Origin: Dendrobates tinctorius
Lineage: Eukaryota
Reading direction: 5' to 3'
NCBI RefSeq assembly: GCF_039654945.1
Contig: NW_027361878.1
Coordinates: 23,002,001-23,066,000 of the forward strand
Length of the DNA: 64,000 nucleotides
A program made the translations under genes and the position numbers. The stretch's first letter is position 1. The number at the start of each line of letters is the position of its first letter. The notes beneath the pieces are model-generated. The model was not told the origin of the DNA and ran no database searches. It saw nothing but the letters and a program-made list of their open reading frames with translations. Shown one piece after another: positions 1-12,445 of this stretch.

Positions 1-123
1 TTGTCTGCCATTATCTAAATTTGAGCACAATTTCTGCCTACAAGGTTTTAACTCTCCACAGTAAAGAACTGAATGGCAGCTCAGAAGTGCCATTACCTGA
101 CTTCACTCCTCCGCAGAGAACGG

Positions 124-255
124 TTAATCCTTCTCACTCTCCGACTCACTCTTCTCTTTGCTCTTCCATCGCAATAAATTAAGAATCATGTCCCGTATAC
201 TCTTGTTTCCAGTCATCTGGGCAGCGGCACCTGCGCTTTTAGGACGAGGAAGACC
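124..255 (-). CDS. bad: BAD last coding exon, GLPRPKSAG...SEKD*
   Basis: Acceptor ttttgtcccccag|GGT (phase 0); GLPRPKSAG is the conserved BAD C-terminal motif; TAA at 126-124. Spliced CDS = 150 aa. Confidence 0.95.
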   Translation of the reverse strand, partial: GLPRPKSAGAAAQMTGNKSIRDMILNLLRWKSKEKSESESEKD

Positions 256-1552
256 CTGGGGGACAAAATTTAGTGACCAAATTGTATTACACAAACCAGA
301 CAAATAATAATCATAGTGATATATTGATTGTTGGCATAAATCTGCTTCTGAATAGTAGATACGGCGAGACATTATCATTGCACCACATCAGGCTTACTAT
401 GCAGAAATGGCACTGGGGATGCTGAAAACTCTAGTAGGAGGTCGTAGTAATCCATAGATGTCTGCAGAACTGTCCGTCAATCATCACTGACGGGGGTGAG
501 CGCTCCCCTCAGGAGGACTTATTACTAGTAATGTGCTGCTTTCTGGGATCGACCCTGATGCACAATGAGGCTCGGATCAGCCAGGATGTCTTTGGTCGGC
601 TATACCTCGTAGAAAATGTGTCCTGTCTAATCACCTCTAATGCAGGACCAAAAGTGAAGTCTCTGCCCTCCGTCCCACCTGAGATCCTACTATAGATTAA
701 TGTGATGCAAACATCAGAAGCCATAAGTGTCATTGAGTTATCACGTTCCAGCAAACTTACAGCAGAAACATTGTTTTTTATAGAAGCTGCCAATACTATA
801 AATTATGCCATGTATAAACCCCATGTATCATAGAAAAAGCCATTCATTTTCATAATTTATGATTGTCTGCTATGCCGCCAGGTCTACTGCTCTGCCGCCA
901 AGACATTTACTGCTCTCTTGCGCTGTCTAACCCAAGAAATAGACAACTACAGGCTAGAGTTGATCAAAAAGACTTGCAGGATCCTGGTCCAGCAGCCACG
1001 ACTGTGCTCCATCACGTGACTGGGGGTCCTGAGAGATAGCAGTCGGACGAATGTTTGAGCTATCCCATGTGCTTGGCCAGCTATAGTCATTACCTGTAAA
1101 GATCACTTACTTTTTGGGGTTTTTTTTCCCCTCTTCTATGACACTGCTGTGTGCAGTATTCCTTTCATAATCAACACATTAATATTTCTGTACAGCGACA
1201 TCGATGTGCATAAAGTCACATTTCGTGACATCATCCGTACATCTTTGGTACCACATCATGGTCACGGTGCAGCGATGACACAGCTTGTTATCTTGGTGGC
1301 ATGGCATCACAGAGCTAATAAGTACAGTGATGTCACAGTGCAGGGTTAATAAATACGTGATGTTTATGGTGGGATATTGTTGTGTGCTTAATGCTGGTTC
1401 CGTGACATAACCCTGAGAATTACTGCTGTGCAGAGGTCACAGTGACGTCTGTATGGTGGTGCCTAAAATCACCCCAACACATAAGCAGAATCCAGTGCTT
1501 TATAATTGTAGGTATAGAGGAGCTTCGCTGCACATATTGCAATGTGGCCTGG

Positions 1553-1930
1553 GAATCTGTCAGCAGGTTTTACTATGTAATCCACGAGCAGTGTGACGTG
1601 GGGCAGAGAGACGCAGATTTCAGTGACACATCATTTACCCAGTGTTTTATCAGCAGGAGATCATCATTACAGCACTAGGTTTCTCGTGACTCCAGGTCCA
1701 ACCACAGCCTCAACACAGACAGGTAGCTTTCTGTCTACAATGTACAGTATGTTGACAGGTAGCAGCCTATCGGGTGGAAGTGGTGTGGTTGGCCCCGGAG
1801 GCATGAAACACCCAGTCCTGTAGTGATAATCTCCTGCTGATAAAACATTTCTATTCTTAATACAAAAACACAGTTTCATAAGTGAGACATTGCTGGAATC
1901 AGGCGCTCTTCCCCTACATCATGCTACTCT
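1553..1930. mobile_element. Degenerate palindromic T2/Kolobok-like MITE
   Basis: Internal inverted repeats (ttttatcagcaggagat.. / ..atctcctgctgataaaa); related copy at ~23410-23835 ending ...gatagattttctttaa. Confidence 0.5.
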
Positions 1931-3271
1931 CACATTACATACAATACACAAAAAGAACTGTGGTTCTCAATTAAAATTAGAGGTCCAGTTCCAAGAAGAG
2001 ATCCATGATAAAATTTATAATTTATTAATTCAAAACAAGTATACCAACAAATGTCATGAAGGGGATGCCGTTCGAAAGGACTCTTTAAACATCCGTAGTA
2101 TAATAGCTGATATATGGAAGAACAATAAATCATATACCTGAGCCGACTTCCCAACAATATTATAATTCCTCCCTATCTGAATAGTGCAATTCTATAACCG
2201 ATAGCATATCATACAGCAATAGTCCGTATAAGTAGCCCTGCAAGTAGGGGGTCCAAATCCCAATTATGGGTAAATAAAGTGCTCTAGTGCCCAACGGACT
2301 ACTGTAATGATATAGTTACCCATGGGGGGGGGAAGCAATAAGTCCTATAATTGGATAAAATTTCCAACAATGTCATAATTCTTCCCCTTCCATCTAATGG
2401 AATGCTCCAAAGCTGAAAGGTATATAATATATTATACAATAGTAAAGTGCACAATAGTGCTGCCAGTTGGAAGATAGGATCCCAATTATAAATATGTAAA
2501 GTGCTCTAGTGTCAGGTTATCCAAATGAAAAAGGGACCCAACCCCAACTGTCAGAGACCAATTTAGTCAAATGTCACATTACCTTGATGGATGTATGCAG
2601 TGGTCACGGTGTCCAGTACAGCGTCCCCTCACCCCGACGCGTCAGCTTCTTCCAGGGGAATCAGGCTCTCAGCCCCTACATCATGCTACTCTCAGATTAA
2701 ATAGCAGAAATCAGATTCCCATTAAAACAACTCTCCACACTGGCATTGAAAAGAGACCAAACATTCGTCATGTATAGTATCCCTACCTGGTGCCTTCCGT
2801 TTGCCTCCTGCTGTCTCCTCCTCGGAGACCAGTATTCTCCCTGCATCCAAGATGGGAACTGCAGTGGCCGAGGGAATAGAGGCAAGTCTAAACCACAGGA
2901 AAGACGGAGAAAGCATGGTTTTAGACTTACCACCGCACTCCTCATTCCACTGCAGTGGCCATAATGGATGTTGGATGACCAGAATGCCAGCCTCAGTGGA
3001 GGAGGCAAGAACCAAGGGTGCCAGGTAGAGCAACTATACATGACGAAAGCAGCCACTTTCAGTGCCGGGTAAAAGTGGGGTTGAGTCGCTTTAGGGTACA
3101 CCTCTGCTTGTGGCGATTCTGATCCTTCAATAAAATGCCTTCTAATTTCTACATTTGGAACCAAACTTGATACGTTTTACAGAGAGATGAGGAACAGATC
3201 AGCAGCACATCTTTCAGATGGTGATTTCAAGAGAACGGAGGAATGACATTTTATAAGCCAGCAGTGATTAC

Positions 3272-3447
3272 CGTGAAGCTTTGGTCAAATTCATCACTCA
3301 TTCTCCTCAATTCTCGTCCATACCGAGCGGCAACCATTAGGGAAGATGGAGCAGAGCGAGAACGGGAACGGAACTGGTTGAGCTCACCCACGGGGTCCGT
3401 CTCCAGCGCCTCTGATGCAGATTCTGTCCGATTGCGAGGTTCTTTTC
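3272..3447 (-). CDS. bad: BAD exon 3: 14-3-3/AKT phospho-sites and BH3 domain
   Basis: Encodes RNRTES, FRSRSRSAP and AARYGRELRRMSDEFD (BAD BH3); acceptor ttttttggcag| (phase 1), donor ACG|gtaatc (phase 0); 176 nt. Confidence 0.97.
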
Positions 3448-3899
3448 CTGCCAAAAAAAAAAAATAAAATAATTTTTATAATAAATGAAACGTAAATCAG
3501 TTTGCAACATTTGTATCCAGCAGAGCTACAGCCAATGTAAAGCAAAGAGCATGCAGTAAGTACACCCCTACCCCAGGCTGGGGAATAATAGCAAGCTCCG
3601 CAATTTGGACCATAACTAGGAAGCAATCAGACTCGCTCTACTGGTCGAGGTCTGTCCCTTCAGCAACCCGCCAAAAAATGAAAGGTTTTAGGATTATATT
3701 AACACCAAGTATTGTTTACAGGCAGTGTCACACAGTCTAGATTCTTAGCGGACATTTCTGCCACATTCATCTGAATGGACTTTGCAGAAAGCCATGCACC
3801 TGCTGCAGAATCATACCTATTTGGATGAAAAAAAAATTATATAATTTTTGATTGGCAGAAATTTTGGCAGCAAAAGTAAAGTGCGATTATTATCTATAT

Positions 3900-4373
3900 C
3901 AGGGGTCCCAAACACGCGGCCCACCACGTCTCACTCCCTGAGGCAGGGGGAAGGCACGCATTCAGGAGCGGCGATGGCATTGGCTGTTCTGTGTGCACAC
4001 ACTGCACAGGACCTGTGATGAGGTCACATAATCAAGGGCCCCAGTGTGTGCAGGACGGACGCTGCTGTCTGTGTGCTGGCTGTCATGGCACTGGATGAAG
4101 GTAAGTTTATGCGTGGGTTCAGGAGGGGTTTACAGGGTGTGCGGAGCCGAGCCCTGCGCGTACGAGGTGTGCGGAGCCGAGCCCTGCGCGTACGAGGTGT
4201 GCGGAGCCGAGCCCTGCGCGTACGAGGTGTGCGGAGCCGAGCCCTGCGCGTACGAGGTGTGCGGAGCCGAGCCCTGCGCGTACGAGGTGTATTAAGTTTG
4301 AAAGGAATGCGGCCCTCCAGCTCAATTTTTTTTTATGTGCGGCCCATTTACTCTGCCGAGTTTGAGACCCCTG
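3900..4373. mobile_element. Non-autonomous hAT element with an internal 30-bp minisatellite
   Basis: TIRs caggggtcccaaac / gtttgagacccctg; perfect 8-bp TSD atctatat (3892-3899, 4374-4381). Confidence 0.88.
4136..4290. repeat. 30-bp tandem repeat, ~5 identical copies
   Basis: Unit ggtgtgcggagccgagccctgcgcgtacga. Confidence 0.95.
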
Positions 4374-6357
4374 ATCTATATATTACACATCAATGGATAG
4401 AAGAACCTGGCACTCAACTTAATGCAGTAGAAGAGAGAGGTCAGTGTCAGATCGGTGTGGGGTTATAAGCTCAGTACACTGAGCAGTGGCTACTAGCAGG
4501 TACGGTAAATGTGCTCCTATTCTCCCCAAGAGGAGCCGATCTGCAGCAGCCAGAAGCAGCGAACAGAGCTGTGCATTTACAGCCCCCCCAATCTGACATG
4601 GACATCTATCCTAAGAATATACATCAGTATAGAAGTAGTGGACAACCCCTTTATAGCATTTGACTAAATTCCTCAGATACGCGTATGTGGGGTGCATCAT
4701 TTGTTTTGTACTGTCATAGGAAAAAAAATATTGCACATTGTCCTCGTCATTTTCAATACTGATGGAAACAGACTTCCAGCACGACTCTTCCCGCAGTGAC
4801 TGCTTATTGAAGTCAAATAAAAATGTGTTTTTTTATGACACAAACAAAATGCATGGAGAATTTTTTTTAGGCAGCTTGTGAAAGTGAAATACTAGGTACC
4901 AGGGTTACAGTGATTCTACCCACAATGAGGGGGGGGGGAGAGGGGGGGGAGAGAGAGAAAAAATAATAAAATAATACCGCTCCAAAAAAACGTTACATTG
5001 TCCGTCTACTCCAGCCGGCGGACGCTACAATTCAAACGGATCCGTCAATAAATGGATGCAACGGACGACCATCAGTCAAAATCTGCCGCTAATGCAAGTC
5101 TACAGGGGAAAAAAAAACGGATCCGCCAGAAAAATGGCGGATCCTTTTTTTTTTTTTATAAAAACGGCAGATTTTGACTGACGTCAAATAACTGAAGTGT
5201 TAAACAGGCCTTAGAAAGACATTTTATTTCAATGCTTTAAGCATTCTCGCATTACAGAAGTTATCCAGGACTAACACATTGGATAGGTCATCAATATCAG
5301 GTTTCTGGTGGTCCGACACCAAACACGCACAAAGATCAACTGTTATTTGTTCCCGTGTCGAAAAGATGTATACGATGTACTAGAGTATACATATTAGGAA
5401 GAGCTGAATGGAGACTATAGGGAGCGACCTGACTGGTCGGTACGGTGTCGTTACCGGACGGCTTCTCCCAGTTCCACTCCAGTTGATTGACAGTTTTCTG
5501 CTCATGCATTTCAATAAGAAGAGACCAATCAATCAACTGAGCAAGGCGGAGAGAAGCCGGCCGAGAACTGCTACAGATAGGTCAACAATATATTAGGTCA
5601 TAGTTATATCAGTCCTGGCAACTCCTTTAACCCCTTCCCGACCTGTGACACAGCGTATGCGTCATGAAAGTCGGTGCCAATCCGACCTATGACGCATACC
5701 CTGTGTCATGAATTCAAAGCCCCCCTGCGGGTCGGGTGACCGGGGTCAATGAAAGGTCACCTGACCCGCAGATACAGGGGGCTTTGTAATTCACCACAGG
5801 GGGCGTGGCTTCGCCCCCACGAGGCTACGATCGCTCTGATTGGCTGTTAAAAGTGAAACAGCCAATCAGAGCGATAGTAATATTTCATCAATGAAAATTG
5901 ATGAAATATTACAATCCAGCCATGGCCGATGCTGCAGTAGCATCGGACATGGCTGGAGACACCGATTTGACCCCCCCCACCGGCGATCGCCCCCCCTGCC
6001 ACTGAATGACAGCGGCGATCTGCCGCCGCTGTCATCATCTGCCCCCCCTCCCATTCCCTTCGCTCCCCGCCAGCTTCCGATCCCCCCCTCACCCACTCTC
6101 ACCGCCCCCGGCACCTTCCAAGTCCCCCCGTCGCTCCCGGTGTCCGGCGGGTCCGGTTCATGGGCGCCGCCATCTTAGAAAATGGCAGGCGCATGCGCAG
6201 TGCGCCCGCCCGAATCTGCCGGCTGCAGATTCCATTATTTCATTTTGATCACTCTCACAGTGATCAAAATGAAATAAAAAGTAAATGAACCCCCCGATTA
6301 TCACCCCCATAGGTAGGCAGAACTAATAAAATAAAGAAAATATTTTTATTTTTCCAT

Positions 6358-6500
6358 CAGGGTTAGGGTTAGGGTTGGAAAGAGGGTTAGGGTTAGAATT
6401 AGGGTTAGGCTTATGGTTAGTGTTGGGTTTAGGGGTGTGTTGGGGTTAGGGTTGGGATTAGGGTTAGGGATGTGTTGGGGTTAGGGTTGGAGTTAGAATT
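6358..6500 (+). repeat. Interstitial degenerate (TTAGGG)n tract
   Basis: gggttagggttagggtt... with variant units. Confidence 0.85.
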
Positions 6501-6504
6501 GAGG

Positions 6505-9170
6505 GGTTTCCACTGTTTAGGCACATCAGGGGGTCTCCAAACGCGACATGGTGCAACCTTTGATTCCAGCCAATTTTGCGTTCAAAAAGTCAAATGGTGC
6601 TCACTCCCTTCCAAGCCCCGACGTGTGCCCAAACAGTGGTTTACCCCCACATATGGGGTATCAGCGTACTCAGGAAAAATTGCACAACTTTTGGGGTCTA
6701 ATTTCTCCTGTTACCCTTGGGAAAATAAAAAATTGGGGGCTAGAAAATTATTTTTGTGGAAAAAAAAAAAATGTTTTTTTCATTTTCATGTCTCTGCATT
6801 ATAAACTTCTGTGAAGCACTTGGGGGTTGAAAGTGCTCACCATACATCTACATAAGTTCCTTGGAAGGTCTAGTTTCCAAAATGGGGTCACTTGTGGGGG
6901 GTTTCCACTGTTTAGGCACATCAGGGGCTCTGCAAACGTAATGACGACTGCAGACTATTCCATCAAAGTCTGCATTTCAAAACGTCACCACTTCCATTCC
7001 GAGCCCTGACGTGTGCCCAAACAATGGTTCCCCCACACATATGGGGTATCAGCGTACTCAGGACAAACTGGACAACAACTTTTGGGGTCCAATTTATCCT
7101 GTTACTCTTGTGGAAAAAAAAATTGCGGGCTAAAAATCATTTTTTTTGAGGGAAAAAAATGATTTTTTATTTTCACGGCTCTGCGTTATAAACTTCTGTG
7201 AAGCACTTGGGAGTTCAAGGTGCTCACCATACATCTAGATAAGTTCCCTGGGGGGTCTAGTTTCCAAAATGGGGTCACTTGTGGGAGGTTTCTACTGTTT
7301 AGGCACACAGGGGCTCAGCAAATATAACATGACGCCCGCAGACCATTCCATCAAAGTCAGCATTTCAAAATGTCACTACTTCCCTGCTGAGACCCAAAGT
7401 GTGCCCAAACAGTGGTTCCCCCCACATATGGGGTACCAGCGTACTCAGGACAAACTGGACAACAACTTTTGGGGTCCAATTTCTCCTGTGACCCTTGTGA
7501 AAATAAAAAATTGCGAGCTAAAAATTCAATTTTTGAGGAAAAAAAGATTTTTTATTTTCATGGCTCTGCGTTACAATCTTCTGCGAAGCACTTCGGGGTT
7601 CAAGGTGCTCACCACACATCTAGGCAAGTTCCTTATGGGGTCTAGTTTCCAAAATGGGGTCACTTGTGGGGGGTTTCCACAGTTTAGGAACATCAAGGGC
7701 TCTGCAAATGTAACATGATGCCCGCAGACTATTCCATCAAAGTCAGCATTTCAAAATGTCACTACTTCCCTTCCGAGCCCCGACGTGTGCCCAAACAGTG
7801 GTCTCCCCCCACATATGGGGTACCAGCATACTCAGGACAAACTGGAAAACAACTTTTGGGGTCCAATTTATCCTGGTACCCTTGTGAAAATAAAAAATTG
7901 CAGACTAAAAAATTTTTTTTTAGGAAAAAAAAAAGATTTTTTATTTTCACTGCTCTGCAGTATAAACTTCTGTGAATCACCTGGGGTTCAAAGTGCTCAC
8001 TATGCATCTAGATAAGTTCCTTAGGGGGTCTAGTTTCCAAAATGGGGTCATTTGTGGGGGAGCTCCAAAGTTTAGGCACACAGGGGATCTCCAAACACGA
8101 CATGGTGTCCGCTAACGATTGGAGCCAATTTTCATTTCAAAAAGTCAAATGGCGCTCATTCCCTTCTGCGCCCTGCCGTGCACCCAAACAGTGCCCCCCC
8201 CCCCCCCCCCCCCACATATGGGGTACCAGCGTACTCAGGACAATCTGGACAACAACTTTTGTGGTCCAATTTCTCCTGTTACCCTTGTGAAAATAAAAAT
8301 AGCGTGCTAAAAAATCATTTTTGAGGAAAAAAAATGATTTTTTATTTTCACTGCTCTATGTTATAAACTTTTGTGAGGCACTTGGGGGTTCAAAGTGCTC
8401 ACTACACATCTAGATAAGTTCCTTAAGGGGTCTAGTTACCAAAATGGTGTCACTTGTGGGGGAGCTCCAATGTTTAGGCACACAGGGGCTCTCCAAACGC
8501 GACATGGTGTCCGATAACGATTGGAGCTAATTTTCCATTCAAAAAGTCAAATGGCGCTCCTTCTCTTCCGGGCCCTGCCCTGCACCCAAACAGTGGTTTA
8601 TGACCACATATGAGGTATTGGTGTCGTCAGGAGAAATTGCCCAACAAATTTTAGGATCCATGTTATCCTGTTGCCCATGTGAAAATGAAAAAACTGAGGC
8701 TAAAAGATAATTTTTGTGAAAAAAAAAAGTACTTTTTTTTTTACAGATCAATTTGAGAAGCACCTGGGGGTTCAAAGTGATCACTATGCATCTAGATAAG
8801 TTCCTTGGGGGGTCTAGTTTCCAAAATGGGGTCACTTGTGGGGGAGCTCCAGTGTTTAGGCACACAGCGACTCTCCAAACGCGACATGGCAACCGCTAAA
8901 TATTCCAGCATATTTTCCATTCAAAAAGTCAAATGGTGCTCCTTCCCTTCTGAGCCCTGCCATGCGCCCAAACAGTGGTTTATGACCACATATGAGGTAT
9001 CGGTATACTCAGGGGAAATTGCCCAACAAATTTTAGGATCCATTTTATCCTGTTGCCCATGTGAAAATGAAAAAATTGATGCTGAAAGGAAATTTGTGTT
9101 GGAAAAATTAAAATGTCCATTTTTTCCTTCCACATTGCCTTAGCTGTTGTGAAACACCTGAAGGGTTAAT
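6505..9170. repeat. ~385-400-bp tandem satellite, ~7 diverged copies
   Basis: Anchor ctagtttccaaaatggggtcac recurs at ~6870, 7257, 7642, 8030, 8432 and 8815. Confidence 0.9.
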
Positions 9171-9704
9171 AATCTTCTTAAATGTGGTTTTGAGTGGCTT
9201 GAGGGGTGCAGTTTTTAGAATGGTGTCACTTTTGGGTATTTTCTGCCATATAGACCCCTCAAAGTGACTTCAAATGTGAGGTGGTCCCTAAAAAAAATGG
9301 TTTTGTAAATTTTGTTGTAAAAATGAGAAATCGCTGGTCAACTTTTAACCCTTATAACTTCCTAACAAAAAAATATTTTGCTTCCAAAATTGTGCTGATG
9401 TAAAGTAGACATGTTTGAAATGTTATTTAGTAACTATTTTGTGTCACATAACTCTCTAGTTTAACAGAATAAAAATTCAAAATTTTCGCCAAATTTCTGA
9501 TTTTTTCACAAATAAACACAAAAATTATCGACCTAAATTTACCACTAACATGAAGCCCAATATGTCACGAAAAAAACAATCTCAGAATCGCTAGGATGCG
9601 TTGAAGCGTTCCAGAGTTATTACCTCATAAAGGGACACTGGTCAGAATTGCAAAAAATGGCCAGGTCATTAAGGTCAAAATAGGCTGGGTCATGAAGGGG
9701 TTAA

Positions 9705-10097
9705 GGGGCCCGTTACACATAGCGATATCGCTAGCAATATCGCTGTAACGTCACCGATTTTATGACATAGCAGCGATATCGCTATGTGTGATACTTACCT
9801 CCGACCGGCTCCCCCGCTGATTATCGCTGATCGCGCGAGAACGTCCTGGACCATTTCTCGTTGGGCGCTTCCTGCTGGGCTTCCTGTGGCGCCGACGAGC
9901 GACATGTGGACGCGGGCGGGAGGACGCAGGATCGCCGCATCTGACAGGTAAGTAGCGACTCCCGACCGCTGCTATGTCGCTGGTGAGAGCTGCCTGTGTG
10001 GCAGCTCACTAGCGACCACTTAGCGATGCACCAGCGATCCTGACCGCGTCATATCATTGTCGGGATCGCTGGTACATCGCTAAGTGTAGCTGTACCC
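9705..10097. mobile_element. Harbinger/PIF-like MITE, same family as 26771-27166 in the opposite orientation
   Basis: Termini ggggcccgttacac / gtgtagctgtaccc, repeated AGCGAT/ATCGCT subterminal motifs; inserted at the TAA of the piggyBac end. Confidence 0.7.
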
Positions 10098-10177
10098 AAA
10101 GGCTGGAGTGATAAAGACGACAAACACTTTTTTGTTAAGCCTGGGATAAAGCAAACAAAAGTAGCAAGCAGTTTTAC

Positions 10178-10322
10178 CTTTGCCTCGTCTCAAGTTAGGA
10201 GAACTCTGATTTCCTCTTGTCTCTTTGTAGGATTGAGGAATGGCTCCTGGGAAAGCTGCACCTTGCTCATGTGGTGGGAATTCTTCTATGGAAAACATAG
10301 AGGATGGAGGAGAGTCAGCCAT
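10178..10322 (-). CDS. bad: BAD (BCL2-associated agonist of cell death), first coding exon (exon 2), MADSPPSSMFSIEEF...NLRRGK(G)
   Basis: Pyrimidine-rich acceptor ...cttttctgatcccacag immediately before ATG (10322); donor G|gtaaaa at 10178/10177 (phase 1) matches the phase of the next exon; MFSIEEF resembles the mammalian BAD start MFQIPEF. Confidence 0.88.
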
Positions 10323-11380
10323 CTGTGGGATCAGAAAAGAAGAAGACATAAATGTTGGCGCCATGTATAATCTGGGAAGTCTATCGGCACACAGAATGGC
10401 AGGAAGCCACAAGAGAGCAGGACAAAAATATATAAAAGTTTATATAATATGGACGCGTATAAGATCACTTATGTCCGCTAACCGTGGAAACACAAAAAGT
10501 GTATATTGTGAATAAACAAAAGACATACTGGCAAATATTCACCGTACAGATGCATCGATCCAAGTAGTGTTCCGCCCAAGAATCCGGTCATAGACTACAT
10601 ATAAATCATATGTAAAGACACACAGCAAAGATGAAAAGGGGCTCCCTATTAGGCTGGAGTCGCATGCCTAAAGTCGCCATGTAGCCCCAACCTTATGGCG
10701 GTGGGCATTTCCTACCTAAAGGGTCCAATGTTGCACCCCTGGCTGATTACCAAAGCAAACAACCTGTCAATCAGCCAAGAAAGGGGTCGCTAAGTAGAGG
10801 GAGAGGATAAAAGTTTCTGCCTGGGTTCACTTAAAAAGGTTTTAGCCACCTTTGGGTTTCATTAAAAACTTTGCGTTGTTTTCCTTCTATTGCTGACTGC
10901 AGAATGAGTTTAATGAAAGGCTTGTTTAGACTGTCTGAACAGTGGCCATAAACGGCCACCAATCCGCTACAAAAGGGTCAATCAGTGGTCATTTACTACA
11001 ATGTTTAGGAAGGCCAACCTCACAGACTGATTGCCCACAGGCTGTTATCATTCTCGACAGCATATACTCTAGATGTGCTCCCGAGAACGATTAAATTAAA
11101 CTCAACTTTGATGATATGGTGATAAATGAGCTCAGTGAAAGGACAGCTGCAGACGAGGGCATTTTCAGTCCCGAGTGTAACCCGACCAATCATCCAATCG
11201 CACACGGACCAATGTCAGTCTATGGAGTCGTGCACGTCAGATGTGTTTCCTTGGACCGCTGTCTCAGCCACGTTTGCCGTACACAGGAGAGCACGCTACC
11301 TGTCACCTCTGGGAGAATACGAGGATCGACAGTCCAAAATCAGACACGCCGGTTCCTTCTCCCCCCCACATACATGAAGG

Positions 11381-11541
11381 CAGGGTTCCCCATCTCCAAT
11401 CCACAAGGCCCGCCAACAGGTCATGCTTTCAGGATTTCCTTTGTATTGTCCAGTGATGGAATTATCACCTGAGCAAGACTAAGGAAATCAAGAAAACATG
11501 ACCTGTTGGCGGGCCTTGTGGATTGGATGTGGGGAACCCTG
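11381..11541. mobile_element. Short palindromic hAT-like MITE
   Basis: cagggttcccc...ggggaaccctg; nearly the whole element is self-complementary; imperfect 8-bp TSD catgaagg/cagtaagg. Confidence 0.7.
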
Positions 11542-11899
11542 CAGTAAGGCTCATGCAGAGATCTGTGCCCATCGGGCCGCAATGCCCGGACTGACCGCGC
11601 GTCTCGCGTATTACTGACACTGTCTGTCACGCTCGGGTCTGCCGTGAGATCTCAGACCGATGTGCACAGACATCTGAGCCGCTCACTGTCCGCAGGCTAA
11701 CATCAGCCCAGTGTGTATGGGGGCTTTACCCAAGTTATCCCGCAGCCAGAGAGGAGGGAAACATACCAGGCAACACTTTTAATGAAACCCAATAGCAAAA
11801 ATTCCTTTCGGATTCCAAGGCTGTGCGGCGCTGCCCGGACTCAGGATCATACAAGTGACAAGTGCAATGTCTGACCTGTACACCGCTAACTGCCAGCCA

Positions 11900-11913
11900 C
11901 CTCTAGGGGGCGC
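11900..11913 (+). promoter_or_regulatory. CTCF-like motif in BAD intron 1
   Basis: CCTCTAGGGGGCGC fits the CTCF core consensus. Confidence 0.5.
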
Positions 11914-12040
11914 ACTACACCTCCAGCTCACAGATGGTGCCAGCCCGTGACTCACCCGTGTATGGTGAGTGAGCAGCCCTCAGTAATGGCGGCCCCCACT
12001 CTCTGCGCTCCCGGCACACCGCCCCGGCACCAGCCCTTAC

Positions 12041-12200
12041 CTCCTCAGCCGCCCTCCGGTCAGTGCCGCCTCTGTCGCCGGGCGCTCTCACTCACTCTCA
12101 GCCCGTGTCCAGCAGCAGGCGGCGTCCTCATCGCTCCTCCCACAAGACATGTTTACTTCCCTCCTTCCTTCCGGGTTCTCTCATAATCTCCGCCCCCTGC
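12041..12200 (-). other. bad: Putative non-coding exon 1 (5'UTR) of BAD
   Basis: Strong donor GAG|gtaagg at 12041/12040 inside a CpG-rich region; splicing gives good Kozak context gag|ATGG. The 5' boundary is approximate. Confidence 0.65.
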
Positions 12201-12445
12201 CGCTGTTTCCTGGGTAATTGTTTTCTGCCCCAACCAATCATAGCTCTGAGCTCCAGGAAGCGCCGCCCATCAGTCCTGTCTATACGTCCCACGTGACATA
12301 GAAACAGCCGGTAACCATAATAACGCGGGAGGTGTCGGAATGCAGACAGTTAATAGCGAGGTCATGTGACCAGACTGGAGGAAGGAGAGAAAAGGGAGAT
12401 GGGGCAGTGTGACCTGAAGAGAGGAGACAGCATAGGAGGAGAGAG

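Larger units (their letters stand above)
5631..9700. mobile_element. Non-autonomous piggyBac-type element (~4.1 kb) carrying telomere-like repeats and a ~390-bp satellite
   Basis: TTAA on both sides (5627-5630, 9701-9704); TIRs ccccttcccgacc / ggtcatgaagggg; no transposase ORF. Confidence 0.85.
11560..12340. promoter_or_regulatory. CpG-rich promoter region of BAD
   Basis: High CpG/GC density; ETS-like CCGGAAG (~12168-12174, minus), GC box (~12190), CCAAT (~12233), E-box CACGTGAC (12290-12297). Confidence 0.7.

Noticed and set aside
4136-4290. Regular ~30-bp repeats (also 41665-42640 and 56388-57642) as CRISPR arrays
   Set aside because: Head-to-tail tandem units with no unique spacers, no cas genes, and a eukaryotic context.
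6358-6500. Telomeric tract as an ancient chromosome-fusion site
   Set aside because: Single orientation, inside a TTAA-flanked element, and the same junction recurs at ~32266.
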